DNA of 64,000 bases from Lepidodermella squamata (GCA_047495785.1 JBLDXI010000011.1:1426001-1490000); one strand, 5' to 3'. Counted from the stretch's first letter, positions 12,801-26,805 are shown. Notes: generated from the sequence alone by a model not told the origin. Translations and numbers: made by a program.

Positions 12801-15800
12801 TATCACGTTTGATGTGTGTCTTTTTTCTTCGAGACTGGGCCCTTTCAGTTACGAGGGCGAACCACCTCGTGCCTAACGGTCCCGCTTGAATATCACGGTC
12901 GAGAAAACAGTTGATCTGATCGGGTGGATTATCGACGGAGCGCATCCTCGTCAGCTTTGCTCTTGGCTTACCTTGTGTGATAACGTTGCCTGAAAATCGG
13001 GCGGCTTATGATTGCTGCAAATATAATATAAGCAGACTGCTTTGCGCACATTGAAACGCTGAAACGTCGAGATATATCCGACTCCGAGCGATCAAGGCAA
13101 TGGTTGCTGTCTTCAAAGAAGCTCTGCTATCGGCCGAAAACTACGATCCTATGATGCTGCTACTTGTCTGACTTCTAACTGGTCCTTTTGCTCTACGACA
13201 CTGTAGGACAAGTACTTAACGGTGACTTGCCACTTTGCTCGGTGGGTTCGATGGCATTCTGAAACTTAGATCCATCGTCGTAACGTTCGAATATTTTCCG
13301 TAACGGGCATCAATTCCGAATTTTTCTCTGGTCATCAATACGGCCTTAGCCACGCGGCTGCGAAATTCACTTTAATTCCATCATTAAATTCCTCGAAACT
13401 AATTTTTCGTTCGAATTTTAGCCTCAGCAGGCGTTCTGAATGTCATAATGGAAACGAAGATACGGCGCGACTGGTTCTTCAATAGCTTTGTTCCAGAAGT
13501 AGAAGAAAGATGATTGCAACAGAACAGACCTGCACGGGCTTTGCTGATCATAGACAACTTCTCTGGCCACGAGCAACTTTCAAGACCAAATGGTGGCATA
13601 CGTTTGTATTATCAAAATTTTATGATAAATTCTGAACAGGACCGAATGATCATGACTTGTTGTTACCTTTCTTTCTCACTGACAATTTTTATAACCGAGC
13701 TCTCAACTGTGGGATAAATGCTCTTAAATAAATAAATAAATAAATCAACTCATTCAAGTCTAAATCGCTTAGTTTGAGAGCTTATAAATGCTTTGTTTTT
13801 CCTATTTTTTCTTGTAGCAGTTCATAATTTTCATAATTATTATGTGATCTGAAGTCCAATTTTCAGCTTTAATCTCTCGACTCAGCGACTTTCACCTGAT
13901 TAGACTGTTCAGAAGAACATCGGAATAAATACTTTGAGGGCCCTGAAGGACTAGACAGTCATTTTGCACACAATTTTTCTGAATTATTCTATTTCAGCGC
14001 TGGACAAGTTTCTATTTCAGCGCGGTCAGAGGTTCTCCCATCGATCCCTGGCTCCGCCACTTGATTTTTCAGTGGTTTCGCTAGTCTTTCTTTAGCTGAG
14101 TTTCTTTTTCTCATGTTTCTTCATTTTCGCCATTTCATCATCCGTCTGCTTTAGGGGAACCCACAATATGCACATTCGGACTATAGAAACTACTCAGAAG
14201 AAAAAACCGAGAGCTTTTCAGCCTACCTTGAAAGAATGCCGGCTCGCGTCTAGCGTCGACAGATACAGTTCATGGATGACAGCCGATTCGTCAGCATCGG
14301 GTGGTTTCTTGAACAAAGAAGCTTCCCCGGTCGCTAACCGCCGTTTGTGAGAGGCAACACCGTCTTGGAGAACCGCTTTTTCCTCGGGCATGGAGGGCGA
14401 TGCGAGCGGGGTGACTGGAACCGATGTTCGGCGGAGAGCATCAATGCCGACCATGACAAATCGAGCTTTCAGCAGCTGCTGCGTTGGCTCGTTTTTCGGT
14501 GTCTGAAAATGAAAAATGAAATAAAAGTTGAAATCATTTCATGAGAGTCTTATGAGACCTCGAGGTGAAAATTTTATGTTTTCTTCAATGCTAATAGCCT
14601 ACCGTATTTCATCGATTAATAGCCCGAAATTTTCGGCTGTTTTCAGCATTTAAAACTAAATAATAGCCCGCCTCGAATAATAGCCACGCCTTGCCCTGTC
14701 CTGGGCAGGTGGCGCGCTGGAGGTGGGACGAAGCTGTCCTAATTTCGTCGCCTACAACTGCTTAGCGGATTAGAGGTGGTGGACGTAAGCCGCTGTTTGC
14801 GGATGTCGAGGAGAGATTAGCATCGTGGGTCAGACAACAGAGAAGTCAACCGCGGAAATGACTTGCGGTGATGAAATTTGAACTTCACCGGACAATAATC
14901 AGATTTTTAAGATGATCTCATTGAAACCGTTTTGAGATCGATCCCTCTGCAATCCGACTGGAAATTCGAACCCCTCGTATCATCAAATCTACCACTGAAT
15001 CTGATGGATTCCCATCAACTGCTCTTTGATCCTATGTGATTCACAATGAAGGTTCAAACAAAGCCAAGCAGCAGCTCTGCTTCAACGGCGACCATTTTCA
15101 TCCAAAAAAATCCCTACTACGCTTGGAAATTTCAGCGCAAACATAAATGCCCGGTGAAAGTTTATATGAATGAGGACGGCTCGCTTGACATCGGGGGGCT
15201 GAAAGATCCGACTAAATACTCGCATGTGCATGGTCGTGTGACCCTTGCTCTCGCTGAACTTTTTGTGGTAATTCTGTCCCCTTTGCTGGTAAAAATATAA
15301 TTTTGAACAAATTTGATAGAACCTTTGTAATTACTGGCTGGTATAATAAAGTTTGGTGTAATTTTAATAGAAATATGAACTTTCCAGTTACTTCTGGACC
15401 TTTAGCCGATTTCACCCGACTCAGTACTACCGATCTCAATAAGTATTGTAAAATCTCTCGAAAAACTATTGCACTGAATAACTCACTTCGTGAATCATAC
15501 GAAACTCAATTAGCTAATAATAAAACATGAAAAAACTGGAACAAATTGCCGGTAAATATTATCGATATCAGTGACAGACCCATGTTTAAAATATGAAAAA
15601 TTCTATCTCACTGCTATGATGCGGATTTTCCGAACCCATAAGCAATGTGATTAATTGTAATTACTTGAGCAACCAACCTGTTCAACTTGCATGGTGATCT
15701 CCATTGAAGACCGGCCAACCCAAGACACGTGGCCAGACATAATAAGATCAGTCGATGGGTGAGGCACTTGGCGCACAATAATTCGATCAACAAGGGCGGT

Positions 15801-17828
15801 CACAATCGAAAAATTCGCTCGTTTAGGTTGAAGATTTCCGCCGGAGTCAGCTATCATTCCTGTATGCTTGTAGCCCAAGCTAAAAATAATGAACATATTT
15901 AGCATTCGGTAACATATTTCGTCACGCTAATGAGAATAATGGATGTGAGAGTAGTATTTGATGGTCCGCGTAAAATCTACGCAGTGATATTCGGCGAAGA
16001 ATATGATTCCTTCGCACCGCTGTACGATGAATCAGGTTTCTTCGCTTCCGTCGATGCTGATGATGACCCCGATGTCTACTATGACTTTCTTATACTACTG
16101 ATTTCTCACCTCCTTATTTTTTCGCGTCTCGCCCTTTTCCATTGCTCGCTGACTATCACCCTCGTTCGCTTTCGAAACTTGTCGTTATTTGATCGTGAAA
16201 ATGGCAGAAGTACCTCACCGTCTTCATCTGCAATTCTAGACGTATCAATTTTTCATGAGCGATTCCGATGCGTGCTATTCCAACATTGGTTACGAACCGC
16301 ATTCCTGTGGTCCTGAACGACGTTACCGGCCTGGTTGATGAACTCACGAAGTTCGATTGCCGAAAAGAAGGCGACGCCCTACCGCATTTTACGCATCCAT
16401 ACACGCTGCTGGGAAACTGGCCTATCGCCGGAAATTCGAGTAAATTGCTTTCAGTCAATGATTGGTTAGTTGCGATCGTGACGGTGACACGGTCAGCAAC
16501 TACACGGCTAGCAGCGACTCGTCCGGCTGTGATTTTTCTACTGCTCGTTTCTTCACTGTGTAAACACATTACTATCCTCAATACGTACCTAGCTCCCCGA
16601 ATTTATTATATTTTGTGCGTCGCGCTTCTCCTGAAGATTTCATCACATCGATGATTTAGTTCTTGTAAAGCCGTCTTCTCTTGAATATTACAGATCGCTT
16701 CTGGACAACACCTGTTTAAATTTTGATTCTCTCTTCGATTCGGTCACTGCTGCCAAAAGTTAGTCATCAGCCAAAAACTCGTTCAAGCCAAAAGGTATGT
16801 TGAACATGCATTATATCCCAGATATTTCAGCCTTGCTAACAAGCTCTTCAATATCAAACGTTTACATCACATGCGAATGCAATCTACCAACACGTTAAAA
16901 TTTGATTTCGTTATTGGTTTGCCAATTTAAAAAGAACTATAACATCCAATCAAAAACTGTAAAAGGCGAGGCGGCTGACACTGATCTTGCACCAGCTGAT
17001 GCACTTCGACGAGAATAGAAGGCGTTCATTTATTCGTGATGGTTACGAGAAATCAGAAATCTACAGCGCGGATGCACTGGCCTTGTAGTGGTGTTCTGTA
17101 CCGACTCGAACAATGGTTATGCCTTCTAACGAAAAAGAGCTGTAGTGCAGGGTTACGCTTCTATTCTGCACAAATTGGTCAAGTGATCACAGAGCGTTAA
17201 TGACTACTCATCTATATTACTGGCATGATCTTGTAAAATTTCGGGGACACGCTCACAGCCCACAGTATTGAGAAATACAAATACCTATTAGCAGATAAAT
17301 TGCATTCTATCCTAACTATTTTTTGCGTAATTTTTCATAAATATTATGAAAATGTAGAAGTCCATCTCCATTCTCTATGTTGCCATCAACACCCTTAATC
17401 CACGTAATCCACACCCTTCGAGTCGTGGTACCCTCGGGCTGGCATACACCAGCACCTTAGAATAAAACATGATACTTGAATTGAAATTAAAAACAATTTC
17501 AAAATTTTCAATTTTTCCAAATTCTTCATGTTGATGAATCAATAGAATATGTACCGTTTAAAAAATACTTACTATACAGCAAATGAGTCGAGGTCTTCGA
17601 GGATACGACCGAATCGAATTTGTTTCAAGTAGTTAACATAGGACTCTCGCGAGGCCGGATTTGATAATGGGACAACGCAGCGTGAATAGGAGTCACGCAT
17701 CGCTCGAGGCTGCGTTTCTGGTCCGTGAGATTTGGGCTGTTTTGGGTCGGCTGCCAGCTGCTTATCATCCAACGGCATGTGCTGCCATAGCCTTGTAGCT
17801 CCGGCTATCTTCTGAATCGCCGCTTTTA
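9812..17828 (-). CDS. ACOT9: Acyl-CoA thioesterase 9-like, copy A (double hotdog fold; large introns with transposon remnants); first exon uncertain
   Basis: Exons 17573-17828, 15678-15879, 14227-14502, 12302-12555 and 9812-10043. Motifs RFGRILEDLDSFAVY, IVTALVDRI, GHVSWVGRSSME, NIYGKIFGGFLMR, NVFHFTF and PDSYGESMLFLDSRR. Candidate first exon 19373-19400 (MTVYQRAMT) is phase-compatible. Confidence 0.88.
10707..10900 (+). mobile_element. Degenerate hAT/ZNF862-type transposase fragment in an ACOT9-A intron
   Basis: HCLAHRLEL matches the CxxH motif typical of hAT-family transposases and is followed by DVRW. The surrounding frame is broken. Confidence 0.45.
13440..13600 (+). mobile_element. Pogo/Tigger DDE transposase remnant in an ACOT9-A intron
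   Basis: WFFNSFVPEVEER*LQQNRPARALLIIDNFSGH resembles the pogo/CENP-B DDE_1 motif (LLxxDNxxxH) and contains an in-frame stop. Confidence 0.6.
15046..15400 (+). mobile_element. Possible Mutator (MULE)/FLYWCH remnant in an ACOT9-A intron
   Basis: YAWKFQRKHKCPVKV...HVH resembles a FLYWCH finger, and ITGWYNKVW resembles the MULE EGWHNK segment. Fragmentary. Confidence 0.3.
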
Positions 17829-19925
17829 CTAGAATGAGAAAAGAAAACATATTCATTTCTCCTCAATGTTACATTATAGGGTACAAGAGCGTAAAATTTT
17901 CGCGGTTAGGCGATCGACTGATCTGCTTCAACTCATTGCAATATATCTCTCCGGGCTCCACTCCACTAATTGAACTGTTGATAGCCCTTTAAATCATTGA
18001 AATCGCTTCATCGTGTACAGAACTCAGAAACATGTGTCTTTTTAAGATGCTTTGGGCAGCCACCCTGGCCACATATGCTATCTTTTTCGGGACGCCAAAT
18101 GAAATTCTGGCTCGGATTCTGGCCGAGCTCAAGGTTATGCATGTTGTGGTTCATCCGAGAATTTCAAACCTCCAGCGGCAAAACTGAAACTTTGCTTTTA
18201 CGCAATTTTACGTCAGCACTTGATCGACCTCGACTTCACTGAAAAATTGGGCTACATCAACTAACTCAAGCTACAAAGGCAGCAAACAGTTAGCACCTCC
18301 CCGAAATCTAGCCTCCGAAGCAACGTGGTGTATGCAGTGACGACTCTGATCGACCAGTAGGAGTCGATTATGCTCAGGGGTCATGGAAAGTCGCGAAGCA
18401 GATGATGACCAAGGATCATCGGCAAGTTGCAAGCGGACGAGTTCTCAAGCCGAAACATGCGAGGCCCACTCCGAGCCGGAGATGATCTCTTGAATCAAAA
18501 TGGTACATTTGATTCTGTCGACTACATTCGCCACAGACGCCTTGATTCTGTTGTTTTCCAGGATACCCGATTTGCCGAATTATGCTTAATTCAAAACTCC
18601 AATTTAATCCTGAAACGATTTGGCGTATATGACTGCAGAGAATCGGATGTCTGATGTGCTAGCAATGAATATGATAGAATGTCACCGTCACCTACGTTAC
18701 GTTATAATAGCGTCATTATTCCTACGTTGCAGGACAGCCTTGAATTAAAATAGTATCATTGAATTCTGTCGACTACATTTTCCACTGAAGCATGTTGTTT
18801 TCCAGGATGCAGGGTTCCTGATATCACTTCGAAGCCCCCAGAGGAGGATTGTCAATCGGTTACCAACCAAACACCACTTCGCAACGAAGCAATCTTGGGA
18901 CCGCGATGCCGCTCTGTCAAAGCTCTTTACTACCATGAGTCAGCGTTTAATCGAAGAATGACGTTCTAAACATCTACGGTTTCTGGCTACGATCTTATTC
19001 ACACTGTAGAATAAGCTAAACTGTCTGAGAATTGCATAGGTATTCACCACCAAGATCATTCGAATGAGCGATTTATACGAGAACTGATCAAACAGTAGCA
19101 GAAAAATGACTTACGATCAGAAAAAACGACGATAGGAGTAGCAAGCTTCTCGAACAGCATGTCTGCGAAATCGCTTTAGATAAAATCCTAAAAAAAGTAA
19201 TGGCATTTTAGCGAAAGACGGCCAGGCTTAGATTCATCCCAGCTCAAGTATTTATTAAAATTCTAGCCTCTGTAGCATTCTACTGGTTAGTCTTTTTGCA
19301 AAGCGAAGGCGAGGATGATAACACGCGAGTTGTACCGAACTTATCGCTAGGCGATCGTTGATGAGATCTCACCTGTCATCGCCCTTTGATAAACAGTCAT
19401 GCTTAAAACAATTACCCATGTCATCGCTAATTTCAAAATGAGATGTGCCCATTCAAATTTTCTTTTTAACTGGTTGCAAATGGCAGAAAAATTAAGCGAA
19501 TAAATCAACAAACCAAGAGATCGAAATTTATCGGAAAGTCATTGCTGCCAGATTTATAATCTCAATCATCCGAATAAATAACAATTAGAAAACCTAAATA
19601 AACAAAAGCGCATTTAATTTCAATGTTAATCGTTTGTTCCCGTTGCATATTTTCGAGTTCTTCCGAATCACAACGTAAATAAATGATAGCAAGGTGTAAT
19701 AATACTACAATATAGCAATTATGTATAATCAGTATTTCACTCTAGTGACCACTATATTGCTAGGGCAGTGAGATACCCAAAATGACAAAGCAACAATTGG
19801 TAAAAGAAAGCACAACAAGGCACAAGGTATCATTTCAATAAATTTTCAATAGGCATACAAATTTTCATTTTTTTACCAACAAGCAACAAATCATGGTCTA
19901 ATATTCTGCACAAGGTTCAAAATAT

Positions 19926-22900
19926 TCATTCTTCGGGGTTAAGAAGCGCCTCCTTAGTGGCTAGAAGTCGCCGTCTCGAGTCGACGAAAAGCATCGCCTC
20001 GCCATACGAGTCGGGTATGATGCGTGGGAGCGGGGGCCGATTGGCTTGCAGGGGCGCGCGGAAAGTGAAGTGGAAAATGTTGGCCAGTTCACGACGAGAC
20101 GGATCTTCAACGTCTGTTACTTCAGCCGTAACGCGGGCTTGCAATAACTCGCCCTCAGTATAGCTAAATAAATCGAAAAATCCAAATTGAACACAGGAAA
20201 TAGCAAATTTGAGAGACCCGGGGCTTTTTCCAATTTAATTTGTCCCAGAAAAGTTCAACTCACCCAATGGATTGATGTAAGTAGAGGAGAGAGCCGACTT
20301 CGACAGGTTTTCGAAACACAATATCGTCAATAGCCATGCAAGTAGGACGCGATCGAGAGAACGTCCAAGCTTCTGCCCAAGCCAATTCGTACGCAGTTCG
20401 CATTAGGAATCCGCCGAAAATTTTGCCATAAATATTGCGATTCTCCGGCATGCAGATGATTAGGCTCTTCATCGAGGTTTCGCGCATCCACACGTCATCA
20501 GACGGCTTGGCTCGATCCTAAAAGCATTACATTTGTAAGAATGGTATGTAAAAAGCTAAGAAATTTTTCAGCGGCTCTATTAAATTTCGCGCTTTCTGTC
20601 TATCGTGCGTTGGGACTGATGTTCGCCGCCTGTAGTTTATATTCTCGAGCTATCTAGAAAGAATCACTTGGTGTTTAAAGCGGAGCAGCTTGCGAGCATC
20701 ACTTTGAACCCGATTCGTTCAATCATTCACTGATAAAGGTTCCTGCGAAGCACAAGGTGAAGTGCTGCATCCGCCTCACGGGTTCTCGCAACCAGCGTTG
20801 CATACCTGCAACTTGGCGATGTCCGCATGGGATTGACAACGGCAACTTGTCGGCGTTTGCCTCCGGTGCTTCAAGCATTTGGCCGATAATGCGGTCACGA
20901 AAGTTGACAAGACGAGACTTCGCTCTAATTTTGGGTGTTTGGGCCGCTACACTACTATTACCTATTACGACGAGGTCCTACTACGCCAGCTGAATCACAG
21001 CAGCTCGCTTACGTATTTTCGTCGTGTGCCCGAATTTTTCGTAGGAAAAGGCGCTGTTGCACACCCGCATTCCGGATCAGCTCTTGAATACGACGAATTC
21101 GATTCGGAGACTCAAATAAAAGAACCGACTGCTCATATAAAGATTCGAAGTTGGGATTATTTCGCCGCAGTCACCTGCAATGATACAGGTAGCTCATTTG
21201 CTATATAATACTGACTTAGCAATGATGATATCTTAAACAAATCAAGAAGTAAGATAGTTCGGCCTTCATCAGCCTCACCGAAGGTGCTGCTGATGGCCAA
21301 ACGGCAAGCCTGTCACGTCGGGACGCCTTGCGAATATCTACGAAGGCCTGTTTGAGAAGGAGTTTGGAAAAGCGTTTACGGTTACGAAGTTCCGCCAATA
21401 CATGCAAACTGTCTTCGTTCAAACCTCGAAGCCCAAAGACTCAACGATGTTAACTATAGGGCAACCCTGTTAGAGCTTGAGGTCTGCCCAACCTCAAAGC
21501 CAGAAAAGCCATTCAAGACTATCTGCTATTTGCTAACTGTTGAAAAACAATTTGCAATAAAAATGTGTATGAAGACAATGTAACTTGACCAAACCAAGTT
21601 CGGTCTGTTCTCAGTCGGTATTTATCAACTTGCGTTAACTCATTTTCGACAGCAAAAAAGACAATAAATTGACAATCATGGAGGTGTCTAATTCATAGGC
21701 ATCTAATTTATGGAGATTTCACTGTACTAAAATTTTGACTCATTTTGACCAGTTCAAGTATTATTCATTGACTTACTTTAAACGAATGGCGGTTAGGATC
21801 GAGAGTTGATAAATACAAGTCGTGAATCAACGCGCTTTCACTAGCATCCGGCGGTACGCGAAATAGTGACTGGCTGCTGGTTGCCATTCGTCGCTTCTGA
21901 TTTTCGACCCCGCGTTTGACCAGTGCCTGTTCATACGGAGTCGTTGGTTCGGCCATCTGGGTCACTTGAACCGATTTTCGCTTCGCAGCATCAATTGCAA
22001 CCATGACGAAATTTGCCGAACAAATCTCTTTAGTTTCATCTCCAACAGTTTGCTCAACCTAAAACACAACGAATAAAGTTGGAAAAACTTCCTTCAAGTT
22101 AAGGAGGTCGCTTCTAGAGCTCCAGGGTGGTGAATGTCGAAAATTTTAATGATAAAAAATGACGGTGATGCTATAGTGATCAAAACAACGCTTCTCGTGC
22201 CTTGTTTTTTTGTTTCTACACGCGATCTACTCCCAAACAAATTACGCAACATTTCGGTGAAAAAACGTTGTCAGCGATTACACGCGATTACACGCTTACA
22301 ACGACAAAAATTATTATTTCTTTGGTAGCTGACACTCAAATCTACTGAGAATCGAAATATTATTCATGCCATGAGTTTTGTTTACGAGTAAATGACAAAA
22401 AATAAAAAATCGAAAAATCATCAAAAACAGATCTTTATTGGCAATCGGCAATTTTTCCCGATAAAAATCCCCGGTGTCATAAAAATCTAAAAAATCGCAT
22501 TGATAATTTTAGATTTGACGATCATTAATGGCTATAGTAGCTGCAGTCTTTGAAGTCTCAAACACATGTTCCCAAATGTCCCCGGTATGGCGAAATACTA
22601 TGTTCGATTGACATAAGAACAGAGAAAAAAAAGAAATTGTGAGCTGATTAATTTTTTAAATTAGACAATCTCTATAAATTCAAAATAAATTCAATTACTG
22701 GCAATTTTCATAATACAATTTAAAGCTCTCTTATAAATATAAGGCAGGAAATTGCTTCGATTCTAAGGCTATTTTTCTTATTAAGACTCACCTGCATTGT
22801 AATTTCCATCGATGATCGACCGACCCATGACACGTGACCAGCAAAATGAAGATCGACGTTCGGATTCGGCACATTTCGAACAATTATACGATCGACGAGG

Positions 22901-23906
22901 GCCGTTACTATCGAAAAATTGGCTCTTTTCGGCGTTTGCCCATCGCCCAACATATTGTTGTGCTTATAACTGAGACTGAAAAAGAAAAATGGGAAAAAAT
23001 AAAACTAAAAACCCAAGAATTTGAAAAAATTAAACAGATTTTAAAAAATAATCGCATTAAATAAAAAATCGAATTTTCATCCCATTTTTTATTCCGGGCG
23101 ATTCGGGAGAAAAATTATCCACAAGGACATGAATTTTCAAATTCCATACAATATGTACAATATGTATGTAAATTTGTCAAAAAATTTTGATATTTCAAAA
23201 AAATGTTAGAATCAACATACTAAACAGCGAACGAGTCGAGGTCTTCGAGAATGCGGCCGAATCGAAATTGCTTCAGCCAGTTGATATAGCGTTCGCGGTG
23301 TTCGAGAGACGATAGCGGGATAACGCCGCGAGTGAACGAGTCACGCATTGCCCTCGGCTTCGACGCCGGGCCGTGAAGATGGGACATCTCCGGATGCAAA
23401 GATTCATCACTCAGCGGTATGTGTTGAAACAACTTCGAAGCACCTGCTACTTTTTGAATCGCAGCCCGAACTGTAAAAATATATGAAAAAATAAAGTCAA
23501 GTATGATTCATGACATACAATGCCATAAAATTGGAAAGAAATTTCGAAAAAATTGCCAACCGCCAAATAAATAAAAATTTCCGTGATAAGTTTAAAAAAA
23601 ATCCAAAATTTTATGAAAAAAATCTCGAAAATATCGATAATGCACCGAGCATCTCATCAATTTTAGGAATTCAGTTAGGCAAATTAGCTCCGCAAGAGTA
23701 ACTGGCGCGGACCTAATGGTTTTTAAAACGAAAATCCAATTTTTTCAGAAATTATGAAATTTTCTGATTTTACTTCTATTCGAAATATTATCCGCCAAAA
23801 TGAACAAAATAAATGAAATACTTAGCTTTAAATAAAATATTAAAAACTCACTTTCACTGAGGGTGAGGACGGGCGTCACAATTTTCTCAAATATCCGTAT
23901 AGACAT
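19926..23906 (-). CDS. ACOT9: Acyl-CoA thioesterase 9-like, copy B
   Basis: Exons 23852-23906 (MSIRIFEKIVTPVLTLSE), 23221-23470, 22792-22975, 21777-22058, 20264-20517 and 19926-20163. Same ACOT9 motifs as copy A. Confidence 0.9.
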
Positions 23907-24169
23907 GATTGCGTAACGCCCTAAAAAATTAGGAAACAAAAATTAGAGAAAACAGGTTTTTCGGTCATTTTATTTAATGAATGGTTGAACGCAGCGATTT
24001 AACAAATGAGCAGAAAAAAGCGGAGACAAAAAACTTGGTCATGCAAGGCGGCACCAAAGGAAAGCACTGGATATCAAATCGGACAAAATTCCAAAAAAGA
24101 AAGCCATTGAAATGAAGATCAATGAAGATCAACAAATGTTTCAGCTCAATTTGCAGGACTAGGAAGACT

Positions 24170-25532
24170 TTACGCTTCCGAATACGGAAAAGCGGTCTGC
24201 TTCAGGTCGAGATGCGACTTGATAGCAGCCAAACGACGTCTCGAGTCCAAAAACAGCATCGATTCGCCGTAGGAATCGGGGAAAATGCGAGGTAAAGCAT
24301 TGCGATTCGAGGTAAGAGGTGCCCTAAATGTGAAATGGAAAATATTCGCCAATTCACGGCGCGTAGGGTCGTTCGGATCGCCAACTTCGGCCGTCACACG
24401 TGACTGCAACAAATCGCCATCGGTATAGCTAAAAAATTGATAAAAAATTATTCAAAAAATTCTATAAAATTAATAAATTCCAACTCACCCTATTGATTGA
24501 TGAAGCCACAACAAAGCGCCAATTTCAATCGGTTTTCGGAAAATTATATCATCCGAAGCGACGAGATAGGGACGTGAATGGGAAAAGGCCCAAGCCTCAG
24601 CCCAGGCCAACTCAAGGGCGGTTCGAATGAGAAAACCGCCGAAAACGTGGCCGTGAATATTACGATTTTGCGGGTGGCAAATCACGAGGCCTTTCATCGA
24701 CGTCTCTCGCATCCAGACGTCATCGGACGGCTTGAAGCGACCCTGGAACGAGTGTTGCTGCGGGTCGAGGGTTTGTAGGTACAAATCGTGGATCATCGCA
24801 CTTTCCTCCTCGTCAGGCGGGTGGCGAAACAGCGATTGCTCAGTCACTTTTTCCCGCCTAGCTCTGTGCTTATCCCCGTTTTGTTTGATAGCCTTCTCCT
24901 CCGGGGTGTCGACAGCTAGCGGCGAAACAGGAGTGGGTAGACGGACCTCAGGGTCGAGAGCTACCATGACGAAACGAGCTTTCAACAATCGTTTCTGCTG
25001 GCCCTTCACATTCTGGTCTATATAGACGGTGGTCTCCATAGAAGACCGACCAACCCACGAAACGTGGCCAGTCATCTCAACATCTGTTGTAGGATTCGGA
25101 TGTTCATGCACCAGAATACGGTCAATCGAAGCAGTTACCACCGAAAAATTCGCCCTTTGAACTGACAGGTCATTCTTAATGACGTTATTGTGCTTATAGG
25201 CGACGAATCCAGCGAAAATATCGAGATCTTCCAACAGGCGACCAACGCGAATTTGATTCAGGGAATTCACGTAACGTTCACGAATTTCTGGGTTCGAGAA
25301 TGGGATGACGACTTTGGAAAACGAGTCCGCCATTTTGCGAGGTTTCGGGTCGGGTGGGTGAGTCTTTGTTTGAAGGTCAGGGACCAACCTGCGACTCCAG
25401 AACTTGTGAGTACCCGCAACTTTCATCATCGCATTTTTCACTAAAATACAAACAAATTACTTGAAACCGGACAAAAGCTTTAAATTTACCGTCTTGAATC
25501 GCCAAGACAGGTACGACTAGTTTCTCGAACAT
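24170..25532 (-). CDS. ACOT9: Acyl-CoA thioesterase 9-like, copy C (only 2 introns)
   Basis: Exons 25490-25532 (MFEKLVVPVLAIQD), about 24489-25440 and 24170-24428. Motifs GRLLEDLD, GHVSWVGRSSME, NIHGHVFGGFLIR and NIFHFTF. Confidence 0.9.
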
Positions 25533-25682
25533 TGTAAATTACCCTAATATAAAAAACACAATGGGGTTCAACAATCGAGGTCCAAATTTACTGTATAAAA
25601 CATCATCACAATATAAAAAATCAAAATCTAGCAGGAAATGACAAGCGTTAAACAAGAAAGAATTGAGAGTTCGTTCATGCAT

Positions 25683-26165
25683 TCAAAGCTGCGTATTGTG
25701 AAAACGCATGGCTTGTTCTTTGACACGTCGGTCGTAGTCTTCTCGATTTTGGACGTATATCGTGTATGCTTCAGCTTGAGCGGGGTCGCGAGGGTTGGGC
25801 TCGGAGAGTAGTTCTTGGATTCCCAGAAGGACTTGTTTAATGGTTATTGCTGGTCGCCAGTCTTTCTCTTCGTCTAATATCGACAAACACACAGTGCCTG
25901 ATGGGTAAATATTGGGGTGGAAAATAGGAGGTTCAAATCGAGCTTTGGGCGGAGTGCTTGGGTAATCGTCCTTAAAAGTTAGCCGCAGTTTGAATTGGCC
26001 ACCTTCCCAGTTGGTTCCTTTTCGTCCAGGAATAATGCACTCCCAATTCAACAGATTCAGTGTTCCGTCTCCATTCTTGGTAGGCTTTGCGACGAATCCA
26101 AAGGGGTGGTCCTGCCGCCATGCTTTCCTTTCCTCCATCAGACGAGCAACAGCTATTCCCGCCAT
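25683..26165 (-). CDS. UBE2I: SUMO-conjugating enzyme UBC9 (intronless CDS, 160 aa)
   Basis: [28 protein letters not shown]...[29 protein letters not shown] is near-identical to the known Ubc9 consensus, with the catalytic Cys intact. Confidence 0.97.
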   Translation of the reverse strand: MAGIAVARLMEERKAWRQDHPFGFVAKPTKNGDGTLNLLNWECIIPGRKGTNWEGGQFKLRLTFKDDYPSTPPKARFEPPIFHPNIYPSGTVCLSILDEEKDWRPAITIKQVLLGIQELLSEPNPRDPAQAEAYTIYVQNREDYDRRVKEQAMRFHNTQL

Positions 26166-26805
26166 CGAATAACAACGAAGCTATGCAAATTAACACTAAG
26201 ACCTAGTCCCTATGAAGGAATAAAGTCTGATCATTAGAAAGGGTTGATAAGTATGACCTGCGTGTAGAATTCTATGACAAACGTCAACACACTGATCAAA
26301 GTCGTTAAGCTCCTCGGCGCATCTGATACAAGGATAAGGGCAAAGTGCAACAAGTAACAACGTAACAGTAAAGATGAGAAATTAAGAACTACTTGGCTTA
26401 GGAAAGCTTGGTATTGACTCGCGCATAAAAATGCACAGCGCGAAGTTTCTTCTACAGTTTTCTGCACTGAAGCTTCTGGAACACCTAGGTGATAGGATTT
26501 TGGCGATCAAGTTTAAAAGCACAACGCCTCAGACCTCAGTCATCGCACGGGCATGAGACTTGACTTGGCGGTCCTGAGATTCCGGTGTCGAACCCAAAAC
26601 GATGCAGCCAGGCGGGCAGCGGTTCTCGGTTCTCGAGATTTAAAAATGATTGGCGGGAAAAAAATACAGCGTTGGATTTTTCATAAGCTATATATTGCAA
26701 AGCATTTGATGCCATAAAAATTCACGAGAAGTTCAAGACTTCACGCGGGAAACTTGACCGCCTCAGCTGATTTTTTTCAAGCGAGAGCTGTTTTTTCTGC
26801 GCGCA

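Noticed and set aside
26560-26640. Minus-strand GGTTCGACACC B-box suggesting a tRNA
   Set aside because: No cloverleaf or A-box could be built. At most it is a SINE remnant.
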